64,000 nt of DNA from a virus (IMGVR_UViG_3300049144_000095:64001-128000), one strand, 5' to 3'; positions 1-8,634 are shown, counted from the first letter of the stretch. The notes: generated from the letters alone by a model not told the origin. A program made the numbers and translations.

Positions 1-31
1 GGGGAAACCCCTTCGGAAAGGAGCAAAAAGG

Positions 32-442
32 ATGATCACTACTGCTGCGGTTGCCAAGGTCGTCGCCGGAACGATGCTGGCGGGCGGGGCCGTTGCCGGT
101 GTCGGAGCCGTCGAACACTGCCCCGTCGGCGAGGTGTTCGCCAACGGCGGGTGCGGCAAGGTCGTGCAGACCCTCCCCGACGAGAAGCGGCAGGGAACCG
201 GCACCATCTCCGCCGTGACCGTCGATGTCGACTTCCGCAACGGAGACGGCGAGCGCACCAACTCCGGGATCAGCACCGAGGACCAGTTCGAGTGGCTGGG
301 CGGCAAGAAGCCGGGCCGCGACGGCGACGGCGAACTGATCGAGGTCCGCCAGATCACCCAGGGCAAGGGTGGATGGGGCCCGCTCTACCAGGGCTGGATC
401 CCGGTCAAGTACACCCAGATCCCGCAGATGTTCAACGGCTGA
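32..442 (+). CDS. Exported hypothetical protein, possible SH3-like C-terminal domain
   Basis: GAAAGGAG SD; hydrophobic N-terminus; ends GWIPVKYT. Confidence 0.6.
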   Translation: MITTAAVAKVVAGTMLAGGAVAGVGAVEHCPVGEVFANGGCGKVVQTLPDEKRQGTGTISAVTVDVDFRNGDGERTNSGISTEDQFEWLGGKKPGRDGDGELIEVRQITQGKGGWGPLYQGWIPVKYTQIPQMFNG

Positions 443-448
443 CCGGTC

Positions 449-865
449 ATGAAGAAGGTCAGGACGTACGGGGAAGACTTCGCCCCCGTACCCTTCGGGA
501 TCACGTGCATCCCGGAAGACCAGCTTCAGCTCCCCTCGGGGGCGGCCCGGCCGATCTACGTGGCCTGTACGCATGACGGTTTCCTCGGCTGTGCGGAACA
601 TGTTTTCCAGACGGCCCAGGAGATCGGACTTCGGTACAACACTCTCGGCTGGGTGTTCCGTGTGACGGGCACCGGCCCGGACGAGGGTTCCTGGTGGGAG
701 TGGGCCATGCTCGACGGCACGCTGTCGCGGGCACTGGATGGCGGGCTTCACTCGCCGACCTTCGAGGACGCCTGCCTCGGTCTGCTTCGTGCTTATCAGA
801 TGCCGGAACCGTTCGGCATCAAGGTCGACGACGATCAGGGCCGTCACCTCGTCAGCCTCTCCTGA
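449..865 (+). CDS. Hypothetical protein
   Basis: Follows previous gene closely, GC3-rich codons. Confidence 0.6.
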   Translation: MKKVRTYGEDFAPVPFGITCIPEDQLQLPSGAARPIYVACTHDGFLGCAEHVFQTAQEIGLRYNTLGWVFRVTGTGPDEGSWWEWAMLDGTLSRALDGGLHSPTFEDACLGLLRAYQMPEPFGIKVDDDQGRHLVSLS

Positions 866-973
866 TCCGAGGTGCCGTCGCCCAGAGCGGGCACGACGGA
901 GGCTTGACGGTCTGCCACCAGCGGGCGTGCGCACGGCCACAAGCGCACGGCCAAACCGCGAACAGTACGGACA

Positions 974-1273
974 TCAGGCCCCGCTCTCACCGAGCGGGGC
1001 CTCCTCCGTTTCATGCTCAGGCCAGTGCCAGGTGCCGCCCGCCTTCCCCTCGGAGTACTCGCAGCCGCCGTCCATGAACGAGTGGAAGAACATGCCCGTG
1101 GGGTTCAGGGCTACCAGGCCGACCCAGTTCTCTTCGGTCGAGTCCTTCGGGTTCTCGATCACTTCGGTGACGATGGCAGCCCTGCACTTGGGGGCGTACG
1201 CCTGCGTGCCGTCTTCGCGGACGGGCGTGCCGTGGGAAACGTAGTGGACGATGCGGCCGACCGTGGGCTTCAT
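974..1273 (-). CDS. Conserved actinophage-type hypothetical protein
   Basis: MKPTVGRIVHYV...CRAAIVTEV...LVALNPTG pattern; 1-nt overlap with upstream gene. Confidence 0.7.
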   Translation of the reverse strand: MKPTVGRIVHYVSHGTPVREDGTQAYAPKCRAAIVTEVIENPKDSTEENWVGLVALNPTGMFFHSFMDGGCEYSEGKAGGTWHWPEHETEEAPLGESGA

Positions 1274-1830
1274 CAGATCTCCTGAACGAGAATGTCGCGG
1301 GTGTCCCAGGGGGTGTCTCGTTTGAGCAGCTTGAAGTTGGCGCCCTCTTCACGCAGGTAGGGGATGAGGACTCTCCCCTTGCGCACTTCGGCGTGGTCGG
1401 TGTTCATGTCGTCGCCCATGATCAAGCCGGGACTTGTGACCAGATCCTCGGCCAGCAGGTACTCGCGCATGGTGGCCGAACCGGAGTTGTCAGCATCGAG
1501 GTAGACAACGTCGAATCTCTCCCCATGGACCACGAGATCCTGCATGGTCCTGACGGAGTCGCCTGCATGGAAAGTGCAGAAGCCCCCCAGGCCTTCAGCG
1601 TCGACAGCGGCACGGGCTTCGCTGGGATCGAGATCGATGCCGACATACTCACTGCCAGGGTGACGGCTCAGGAGCCGGGCGAAGGCCAGGGTGGAGTGCC
1701 CGTCGCCGTCAAGGTGCTCCTGATCCAGGTTGCGAAGGACGCCGACCTCCAGAACGCGCAGCGTTTTCTTGCCCGAGCGGGCCATGAAAGCTGGCAGCTC
1801 TTCATAGATGATGTCACCGATCGTTGTCAC
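1273..1830 (-). CDS. Class I SAM-dependent methyltransferase (Methyltransf_24-like)
   Basis: VLEVG motif I, YVGIDLD motif II, GDS, FDVVYLDAD, IMGDD. Confidence 0.75.
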   Translation of the reverse strand: MTTIGDIIYEELPAFMARSGKKTLRVLEVGVLRNLDQEHLDGDGHSTLAFARLLSRHPGSEYVGIDLDPSEARAAVDAEGLGGFCTFHAGDSVRTMQDLVVHGERFDVVYLDADNSGSATMREYLLAEDLVTSPGLIMGDDMNTDHAEVRKGRVLIPYLREEGANFKLLKRDTPWDTRDILVQEI

Positions 1831-1872
1831 CCAAAGAGGGTAACCTGGCGTCCTGAAATGAGAGAAGTTGCC

Positions 1873-2046
1873 ATGGGAAAAAGCGGAAAGTCAGCAACCG
1901 GCACCGAAGTTGCAGAAAGCCCGCTCTGCGAATGCCCGCGATGGCTGGTGCGTGCAGGGGTCAGCGACGAGTTCATCCGCAAGGTGGAGAGGCGAGCCGG
2001 GGCGCGCTGGCTGTGTACGCGCTGCCAGCGCCCCTTACTGCCGTGA
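1873..2046 (+). CDS. Small Cys-rich protein with one TTA codon
   Basis: MGKSGK...CECP...CTRCQRPLLP; TTA at 2035-2037. Confidence 0.5.
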   Translation: MGKSGKSATGTEVAESPLCECPRWLVRAGVSDEFIRKVERRAGARWLCTRCQRPLLP

Positions 2047-2163
2047 CGTCAGAACATCCCGGACCAGCGTCGCGCCAGGCGGTCGCGCCGGACTCTGAGC
2101 AGCCGCCCGAGGAGCAGGCCGCTCGCCAGTCCGACGCCGTAGGCCAGCCAGCAGGGCATCCCA

Positions 2164-2550
2164 TTACTCCTTTTTGGGGGCCAGTTTCGCGATGTACTGG
2201 TGGGAGTAGCCAAGGATCCCCCCGGCATCTCGCACCGTGGTCTGTGCGGTGAGCTTCCTCACCGCAGTCACCAAGGCCTTCTCGGCTTCTTCCACGGCCA
2301 GCCGCGCGCTGTCCCGGGTCCTCTCGGCTTCAGCGACGACGGCTGCAAGCTCCGGGTCGGCGAACTCCATGCGGACGAGGAACGAGGTGGCGGGCACGTC
2401 CAGCAGATTGGCTACCAGGTCGACAGCCATCTCGTGCGCCTCCCCCCAGGTGCGGCCCTGCGTGACGGCAGACCCCTTCACGGGCAGCCCTTGCACGCGA
2501 GTCACCCAGAACTTGCCTTCGCGCTCAACCGTAGCGGTGTAGATGTCCAT
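2164..2550 (-). CDS. hicB: HicB-family antitoxin-like protein with C-terminal HTH
   Basis: YTATVEREGKFWV...TQGRTWGEAHEMAVDLVA; C-terminal TVRDAGGILGYSHQYIAKL HTH. Confidence 0.65.
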   Translation of the reverse strand: MDIYTATVEREGKFWVTRVQGLPVKGSAVTQGRTWGEAHEMAVDLVANLLDVPATSFLVRMEFADPELAAVVAEAERTRDSARLAVEEAEKALVTAVRKLTAQTTVRDAGGILGYSHQYIAKLAPKKE

Positions 2551-2613
2551 GCAAATTGTCTACCATGCTAGACTCAGCTTGTCTGCTCTGGTTGACGAGG
2601 TGAGGATCAAGGA

Positions 2614-2847
2614 ATGGGAATGCGCTGGACCGACTGGACGGGTCGACTCAAAGTGGAAGTGTTGCAGGAGGGTGGGCGCTGGACCGGCAAGCGAGCCATG
2701 GAGTACCTGCACTCCATCGGCTTTCACTGCACCATCGAACGTGCGCGCGTCTGCATGAAGAGGATCGCCGACCAGGAGCCCGAGCGGGTAGTCGTTGCCG
2801 AGGGGCATCGCTGGATCTGGGACGTGCGTGGCAGCGAGGAAGCGTGA
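2614..2847 (+). CDS. Hypothetical protein
   Basis: Divergent from hicB-like gene; AAGGA SD. Confidence 0.55.
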   Translation: MGMRWTDWTGRLKVEVLQEGGRWTGKRAMEYLHSIGFHCTIERARVCMKRIADQEPERVVVAEGHRWIWDVRGSEEA

Positions 2848-2851
2848 GTCC

Positions 2852-3439
2852 TTAGTCTGTCTCCTCCAGGTCGTCGTCCACCACGGGTTGCAGCTCTATC
2901 GGTCCGGCATTGCCTCCCACCTTCACCACTGCTGCCTTGTTGCGAGCAATGGCGTCAGCGGCCATGGCCGGGAAGGTGGTGTTCCACATGATCTCGACCG
3001 CCTCCCGGGACTCCTCGGGAAGGATCTCGACGATCTTTTCCAGCATCCCCACACGAAGGACATCGATCGCCGTGGTGACGAGTTGGGTCTGAGCCTGCGT
3101 CAGGCGCACCTGCTCATCGCGCAGCCGGTCCTTCTTGAGATCCATCAGCTCGGTGATCTCGCGGATCGTGTCGATCATGTTCTTCACGTTCCGGCCCTGC
3201 GTCAGCAGGTCTCCGTCCATCACCTGCTGCCAGAGGGCGCCGATCACACGCTCCAGGCGGGCAAGCTGCAACATCCGCATCTGCACGACGGACATCGAGG
3301 TTGCCTGGCTCTCCAGGTATGACGACATGCGCTCGTGCACAACTTCGACATCCAGACCCACGGTGGCCGCGATCTGGGCAAGGGTCTTTCCCTGGGCCGC
3401 CTGGTCGACCATCACCTGGGCGAGCGAATCGTGGGCCAC
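2852..3439 (-). CDS. HTH protein resembling actinophage terminase small subunit
   Basis: N-terminal GKTLAQIAATVG HTH followed by LARLERVIGALWQQVMDGD helix pattern. Confidence 0.45.
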   Translation of the reverse strand: MAHDSLAQVMVDQAAQGKTLAQIAATVGLDVEVVHERMSSYLESQATSMSVVQMRMLQLARLERVIGALWQQVMDGDLLTQGRNVKNMIDTIREITELMDLKKDRLRDEQVRLTQAQTQLVTTAIDVLRVGMLEKIVEILPEESREAVEIMWNTTFPAMAADAIARNKAAVVKVGGNAGPIELQPVVDDDLEETD

Positions 3440-3592
3440 CTACTGCTCCTCGCGAGTGTTCACCTTCCGCACGAGGCGGATGCCGTTCTGATACATCGGG
3501 TGCCGAGTGGATTCCAGCAGACGGTCGAGCCAGGCCACCGCCAGTTCGTTGTCCAGGTCCACGTGGATCGTGACCTCTTGGGTGTTCGCCAT
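3440..3592 (-). CDS. Small hypothetical protein
   Basis: MANTQEVTIHVDLD; abuts next gene; start re-called. Confidence 0.55.
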   Translation of the reverse strand: MANTQEVTIHVDLDNELAVAWLDRLLESTRHPMYQNGIRLVRKVNTREEQ

Positions 3593-3605
3593 GCAGTCCT
3601 GTCGC

Positions 3606-3681
3606 TTTCGTTGCAGCGTGGGGGCGACGCCCCAACGCAAGAGGTGGTTTCGTTGCAGCGTGGAGAGATCGCTGCAACGAA
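3606..3681. repeat. 16-bp direct repeat plus 12-bp inverted repeat (TTCGTTGCAGCG x3)
   Basis: TTTCGTTGCAGCGTGG at 3606 and 3648; CGCTGCAACGAA at 3670-3681. Confidence 0.8.
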
Positions 3682-3701
3682 GCTCATTGCCGACCGTGCC
3701 G

Positions 3702-4598
3702 TCAGACCGAGATGCCCACCCCGGCCCACGCCTCCCGCACGGCCGGGTTCAGGCCTCCGGAGTGCCGCCAGGTTGCACGGGCCAGCTCCACGAAGGTGCT
3801 GTTCGGGCCGAGATCCTGCATGGCCCGGCGCCACATGGCCAGCGGGCGCCCCCAGCTCGGCTCCTGTGTCGCCTCGCAGAGCAGAGCGAAGGCCCGATTG
3901 GGAATGCCCGAGTTGATGTGCACTCCGCCGTTGTCGGCCCGGATCTTCTGGTAGTGGTCCATGTGGCCTGGCTGCGGGTCCTTCCCCAGCAGGGGCGAGT
4001 CATACGCCTCCCCGGGGTGCAGCATGTTCCGGACGGAGGAGACTCCGTCCACCATGATCTCTTCGCCGATGCGCCAGTCCGTCTGGTTCTGGTCGGCCCA
4101 CTGCTGCACACATACACCGAACACATCGGCCAGGTGCTCATTCAGTGCGCCTGACTGCCCGGAGTACACCAGCCCCGGGCCGAGTGAGACGAGGGCGTGC
4201 CCGAACTCGTGAGCCATGATGTCGAGCGACCGCGTGAAGTCGCCGAACACCTGGCCGTCGCCCTCGCCGAACACCAGGTAGCTGCCGTTGAAGAAGGCGT
4301 TGGCGTACCCCTCGCCGTAGTGGACGACGCCGTCGGGAAACTCGTCCACGTCGAGTAGCTGCGATATGAGACCCGCGTGACCCCTGACCCGGTCGGCTGC
4401 CTCGTCTTCGTCAGTCATCAACCTGCCCGGCAGGGCGGTCCTGTTGGAGGCCGTGTAGACGGTGATCGGACCGGCGACCGATACCGCCTTCTCGCGCGCG
4501 GCGCGCAGCTTGGTGTCCACCTTGATGCCGGACGCGAAAGAGCGGTCGTTCTCTGCGACCTTCTTCGCGATGTGAGGTGGAATGAAAGTGCAGATCAT
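3702..4598 (-). CDS. M4 family (protealysin-like) zinc metalloprotease
   Basis: CTFIPPH propeptide, NAFFNG, HEFGH (HExxH), GALNEHLAD, DNGGVHINSG; no signal peptide. Confidence 0.9.
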   Translation of the reverse strand: MICTFIPPHIAKKVAENDRSFASGIKVDTKLRAAREKAVSVAGPITVYTASNRTALPGRLMTDEDEAADRVRGHAGLISQLLDVDEFPDGVVHYGEGYANAFFNGSYLVFGEGDGQVFGDFTRSLDIMAHEFGHALVSLGPGLVYSGQSGALNEHLADVFGVCVQQWADQNQTDWRIGEEIMVDGVSSVRNMLHPGEAYDSPLLGKDPQPGHMDHYQKIRADNGGVHINSGIPNRAFALLCEATQEPSWGRPLAMWRRAMQDLGPNSTFVELARATWRHSGGLNPAVREAWAGVGISV

Positions 4599-4692
4599 GC
4601 TGCGAAGTCTACGGCGCAAGAAGGTAAGCAAAGCGCCTGCAACCTGTATATCTTTCTGAAGCCCGTTCCTGTCTTCGTGAAAGCAGAATTGC

Positions 4693-4938
4693 ATGACCTT
4701 CACCCGGACTCACGTCCATGTTTCCTTTGCTGACCCGTACTTGCGCTGCAACCGGTGCGGAAGGCGGGTGGAGGGGTGGCACGATCCGGACCGCTGCGGG
4801 TGCGAGGGTGAGGCGGTCAACGAGCCGTGCGGCTGCCGTTTCGACGCTCGGAGCGTGTGCCCTTCCTGGTCGCCCGTGGACGGCTGCACCTGCCCTCCTG
4901 ATGCGCACGAGGTCCCCTCGGGTTCCAGGAAAGACTGA
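4693..4938 (+). CDS. Cys-rich hypothetical protein
   Basis: CNRC, CGC, CPSW, CTC; followed by hairpin. Confidence 0.55.
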   Translation: MTFTRTHVHVSFADPYLRCNRCGRRVEGWHDPDRCGCEGEAVNEPCGCRFDARSVCPSWSPVDGCTCPPDAHEVPSGSRKD

Positions 4939-4969
4939 GACCCCCGGCGGCGGATCCGGGGGTCTCAGT
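4934..4969. terminator. Perfect 14-bp hairpin between convergent genes
   Basis: ACTGAGACCCCCGG / CCGGGGGTCTCAGT. Confidence 0.7.
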
Positions 4970-5068
4970 GAAAGCAGACATCTCTCAGGCGCCCGAGGGC
5001 TGATGCCTGAGAGCCGACTACGCACGCCAGACTAGCAGACCAACTTGCCGACCCCGTGCTTGATTTCG

Positions 5069-6175
5069 CTACACAGTGAACTGTTCGACAAGGTCTGCGT
5101 AGACGTCAACAGCCGACTCGGCATGCTTGGCTCGCCTGGCCTCCATGTTCCTCATCTGGACGTACCTAAGTGTTGTCTCGATGCGGGCGTGATCGGCGTA
5201 GTCCTGGATCTCCTCCAGATCAACCCCCTCGTCGTGCATGTGAGTGAGTCGCGCTTTCCGGAGTACGTGCGGAGTCACGTCGCGGCCAGGCAGCACACCC
5301 GCTTCTTTGCCGAGCCTGGTGAGCAGCCGGTCGATTGCGTGCCGGTCCATCGGCTTGCTGTCGCCATCCACCAGGAGGTGACCCTCGGTACGTCCGTCGA
5401 GGGCTACCAGGAAGAGGTCCCGCAGCCTGTCAGGGATGGGCCACAAGCGCCTCTTGCTGCGCTTGCGGGTCAGGGCCAGGTACCACTTGCCGTCTACGAT
5501 CCGACGCTGAGAGATGGTGGCGGTGCAGCACTCGGAAACCCGTCCCGCCACTGTGTAGATCAAGGCCGGAACGACCGCCTCGCGGGCAGTCTTGGCGGCC
5601 TTGATGACGCGCCGGTACTCGTGCACCTCCAGCAGCGGGGTGGCCGTTGTCTCGTCGAACGGATCAACCTTCGGCCGGTCGTACTTGGTAACCGGGGATA
5701 CGAGCCTGTCGTCCTTCAGCTTCCAGGCGGCGTACCGCGTGAAGGAAGTTAGTGCGGACAGGCGACGGTTTATCGTCCGAGGGGATGCGTTCTTCGCCTT
5801 CTGTGCCTTGGTCCATGTCTCGATCATTTCCATGGAGATGCAGCCCAGGAAAAAGCGTTCGTGACCGCCGAGTTCCCGGGCAACCCCAGCCCACAGTCTG
5901 ATGTCGTCGGCGTAGTGCCGTTTTGACTCCAGGGCGGGCACTGCATCGGAGCCGAGCCAGGACATGACGAGCAGGAAGGTCTCGCGCTCACACAGCTCGG
6001 CCAGCCACTCGATCCGGTGCTTGCGTGGACCGAGCCTCCGTGTCTTCGGATCGCGCGGAGCGACTGTGCCAAGCACTTGGAACAGCCACTCTGCGGCATC
6101 CTCGGCGAGACCATTCCCTGCAACCAGCTCTGCATGGTGGACAGTTGCCAGGTCGCCGACTTTTGCTGTTGGCAC
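5069..6175 (-). CDS. Tyrosine recombinase / integrase
   Basis: Catalytic set GRVSE (R), K, PHVLR (HxxR), DHA (H), TTLRY (Y); SAM-like N-domain with TINRRLSALTSF. Confidence 0.9.
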   Translation of the reverse strand: MPTAKVGDLATVHHAELVAGNGLAEDAAEWLFQVLGTVAPRDPKTRRLGPRKHRIEWLAELCERETFLLVMSWLGSDAVPALESKRHYADDIRLWAGVARELGGHERFFLGCISMEMIETWTKAQKAKNASPRTINRRLSALTSFTRYAAWKLKDDRLVSPVTKYDRPKVDPFDETTATPLLEVHEYRRVIKAAKTAREAVVPALIYTVAGRVSECCTATISQRRIVDGKWYLALTRKRSKRRLWPIPDRLRDLFLVALDGRTEGHLLVDGDSKPMDRHAIDRLLTRLGKEAGVLPGRDVTPHVLRKARLTHMHDEGVDLEEIQDYADHARIETTLRYVQMRNMEARRAKHAESAVDVYADLVEQFTV

Positions 6176-6177
6176 CC

Positions 6178-6459
6178 TTACAGCAGTCCTTCGGGGAGCG
6201 GAGTCGGCTTGCTCGCCAGAAGCTTCTCGCGGCGGTCGGTCATGTTGATGAGTCCGCCCTGGCGCTCAAGGGTGAGCTGGTCGAAGAACTGAGCGTCCCC
6301 CCACGTGAGTTGCTTGTGCATCAGAGCATCTTCCTCGGTGCTTCCTTCGAGGGGCACCCAGGCGGCGGTGCACCATGCCCCTTCCTCGACATGGAACTTG
6401 TGCAGGCGGCCATGGTCGAAGCACCAGGCGAACGTGAAGACGGCCTCCGTGTCAGACAT
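6178..6459 (-). CDS. Hypothetical protein
   Basis: FAWCFDHGRLH motif; coupled to recombinase gene. Confidence 0.65.
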   Translation of the reverse strand: MSDTEAVFTFAWCFDHGRLHKFHVEEGAWCTAAWVPLEGSTEEDALMHKQLTWGDAQFFDQLTLERQGGLINMTDRREKLLASKPTPLPEGLL

Positions 6460-6568
6460 ATCGAACCTCTGTTCCCTTCTCTAGTCGGCGCTTAATACAG
6501 ATTATGCGCTTCGCCAGAAGCCGTTGTGCGAGTTGGCGCGCAAGTCCACTCAACCGTTACCCAGTCCA

Positions 6569-6597
6569 TTGACCTTGTGTAGAGATCGATACATACT
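6569..6597 (+). promoter_or_regulatory. sigma70-type promoter, probably leaderless for PadR gene
   Basis: TTGACC-17 nt-CATACT; GTG start 7 nt after the -10. Confidence 0.6.
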
Positions 6598-6603
6598 GAG
6601 GGG

Positions 6604-6918
6604 GTGACGCTTCCACGTATGACCCAGGCAACCGTCTCGATCCTGGAAGCACTCCTCCAGGCCGAGCGTGACCATCCGGCAGAATCCCTCTGGGGCCTGA
6701 GGGTCTGCCAGGTAACCGAGCTGATGCCCGGCACGGTCTATCCGGTGCTCATCCGACTGACCCGGCTCGGCTGGGTAGAGGTGAGCGAGGAGACCGGAGT
6801 GCACCCCGGTCGCCCGCCACGCAAGTACTACCGGTTCACGGACGAGGGCCGCATTCTCGCCGAAGCCTCACTAGAGCACCGAAGGGTGCAGAGGGCGCGA
6901 ATCGCAGGCAGGGGCTAA
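6604..6918 (+). CDS. PadR-family transcriptional regulator
   Basis: GTVYPVLIRLTRLGWV...RPPRKYYRFTDEG. Confidence 0.85.
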   Translation: MTLPRMTQATVSILEALLQAERDHPAESLWGLRVCQVTELMPGTVYPVLIRLTRLGWVEVSEETGVHPGRPPRKYYRFTDEGRILAEASLEHRRVQRARIAGRG

Positions 6919-7128
6919 ACGGCAATTCACTCGATCGGGTGTGCGGCCTCCGAGACGCTTCAAGCTTCCGCCGGTCTCGGGTAGAACTGACGTGCCCGCG
7001 AAGGGTGCTGGTCGGCGGGGTTCACCGTCCCCCAACGTGCCGGGCCCCGCCGACCCGATCCTTCGCCAAGTACCCTACGTGCGACGTGTGTTGCGTGCAC
7101 TGAATGGCCTGGGCCGCTATGGTGAAGT

Positions 7129-7422
7129 ATGGATACCTCCCCACATGTCGACCCGAATGCCGATCACCCGGCTTGCGGCATCTGTCCTTCGCGGCGCTTT
7201 CCCCGCTCAGGGTTCGCAGTATTCGACCGGCCCACGCGTGCCGCTCCGTTCAACCCCGACGACGGTTACCGGTATACCGCCGACGGGGTTCCGGCTTGCG
7301 TGCATCCGGACAGAATCGGACTTGAGCCGGACCGGACGGCGCCCCCGCCGGAGCCGGTCGAACCTGAACCTACGCCTGCGCCTCGGCGAAGCCGATGGCG
7401 CTGGTCATCCCGCGCTCGGTGA
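7129..7422 (+). CDS. Hypothetical protein
   Basis: HPACGIC...PFNPDDGYRY...ACVHP; Pro-rich tail. Confidence 0.55.
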   Translation: MDTSPHVDPNADHPACGICPSRRFPRSGFAVFDRPTRAAPFNPDDGYRYTADGVPACVHPDRIGLEPDRTAPPPEPVEPEPTPAPRRSRWRWSSRAR

Positions 7423-7960
7423 TGCCGATCCCCGCGTACAGCCCGTCGAGGATCACGCGGCGGCGCTCGGCCTCGTCCGCGTCGATCCAGTACCGGCTGT
7501 CGATGGGGCCGAAGGCCGTCTCGTACGCCTGCTGAGTGTAGTCCCCGCTGCGGTACGGGGTGTTCAGCAGGTGCTCGTTCACCGTGCTGTGCACGAAGGG
7601 GTGGCCGGTGCGCTCCTGGATCCTGGACAGGGCCGTGAACTGTGCGCAGAGCGCGTGGCTGGTGACGTCGAGCGGCACCGGCACGGGCAGCTCGGCGGCG
7701 ACCTCGTCGCCCGTCAGCTCGTACACGGCGCTCTTGAGGGCCATGACCCGGATGGTCCCGTGGATGAGGTGCGCGGCGTCACGCTGGACGGAGTACTCGG
7801 GGATGAGCGGTCCGCCGTAGAAGTCGTCCCAGTCGGAGTTGTACTTGGTGCACCCGTCGAGGACGGCCCCCATCTCGGGGTCGGCCAGCCAGTCGTCGAG
7901 GATGGCGCGGGCTCGCTGGGCCGTTTCCTCGGGCGCTGGACGCGTGAGGGTAGCAGACAC
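7370..7960 (-). CDS. Hypothetical protein, weak similarity to glycine-rich-domain (GRDP-like) family
   Basis: PLDVTSHALCAQF...TGHPFVHS; GAAAGG SD before GTG. Confidence 0.55.
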   Translation of the reverse strand: MSATLTRPAPEETAQRARAILDDWLADPEMGAVLDGCTKYNSDWDDFYGGPLIPEYSVQRDAAHLIHGTIRVMALKSAVYELTGDEVAAELPVPVPLDVTSHALCAQFTALSRIQERTGHPFVHSTVNEHLLNTPYRSGDYTQQAYETAFGPIDSRYWIDADEAERRRVILDGLYAGIGITERGMTSAIGFAEAQA

Positions 7961-7997
7961 GGATGTGCCTTTCGTCTCGTGATGGCGGGCCCTGATT

Positions 7998-8009
7998 GGG
8001 CCTAGGCCA
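7998..8009. promoter_or_regulatory. Palindromic operator-like site (1 mismatch)
   Basis: GGGCCTAGGCCA upstream of 7960. Confidence 0.55.
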
Positions 8010-8249
8010 ACCATGCCTGCGAACTTAGATCGTTAGGAAGGGGTTCGCCGGAAACTGCGAAACCAGTTAACGGAGTTGACGAGAAAATCGCTGTTCCCGA
8101 TATGTCCAATGGTCATACAACCATCTGCACGTCTGGCGAGTCTCCTGGGGTCAGGGGCTACAGTTGGCACGACTGGTCAGCCCCGGTCCGAAGCAAACAG
8201 ATGTGACCCGCATCGCGATCGTCACATCATTCGCACCAGATGAGGGATC

Positions 8250-8543
8250 GTGCACGACATGGACTTCTTCTGCGGCCCTGCGGTACTTCATCTGGATGGA
8301 GAAGTGCTCAGCGCATACGCCTTCGTGGACTCGGCCCGTGACCGCAACTACGAGGACTGGGGCGGGTACATCGAGGTCGACGGTTACTCGGACGTCATTC
8401 GCTTCCGTGCCTTCGGGAGCCTCAACGTCTACCTCCAGATACCCGGAGCCTCGGCGCGCGATATCGAGATCTCCAGCACTGAACCCGACGGGCTGGTCTT
8501 CCGGGGCCTGGGCTCGTCCCCTCTTCCCGTTGCTGCGGAGTGA
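8250..8543 (+). CDS. Hypothetical protein
   Basis: GC3-rich ORF, beta-rich pattern. Confidence 0.6.
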   Translation: MHDMDFFCGPAVLHLDGEVLSAYAFVDSARDRNYEDWGGYIEVDGYSDVIRFRAFGSLNVYLQIPGASARDIEISSTEPDGLVFRGLGSSPLPVAAE

Positions 8544-8634
8544 GTTGCGGAAACCGGTTGACCGACCTGTTCTTTCCTGAAGGCGGCCATCTTTCGATTA
8601 CGGCCTGACCTTCGACCACCCATCAGGAGAGTTC

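Noticed and set aside
2560-2847. HicA toxin next to hicB-like gene
   Set aside because: Neither overlapping ORF shows the HicA GxH dsRBD pattern, and orientation is divergent
6941-8005. 354-aa + strand ORF
   Set aside because: Overlaps two better-supported genes; Arg/Pro-rich shadow translation
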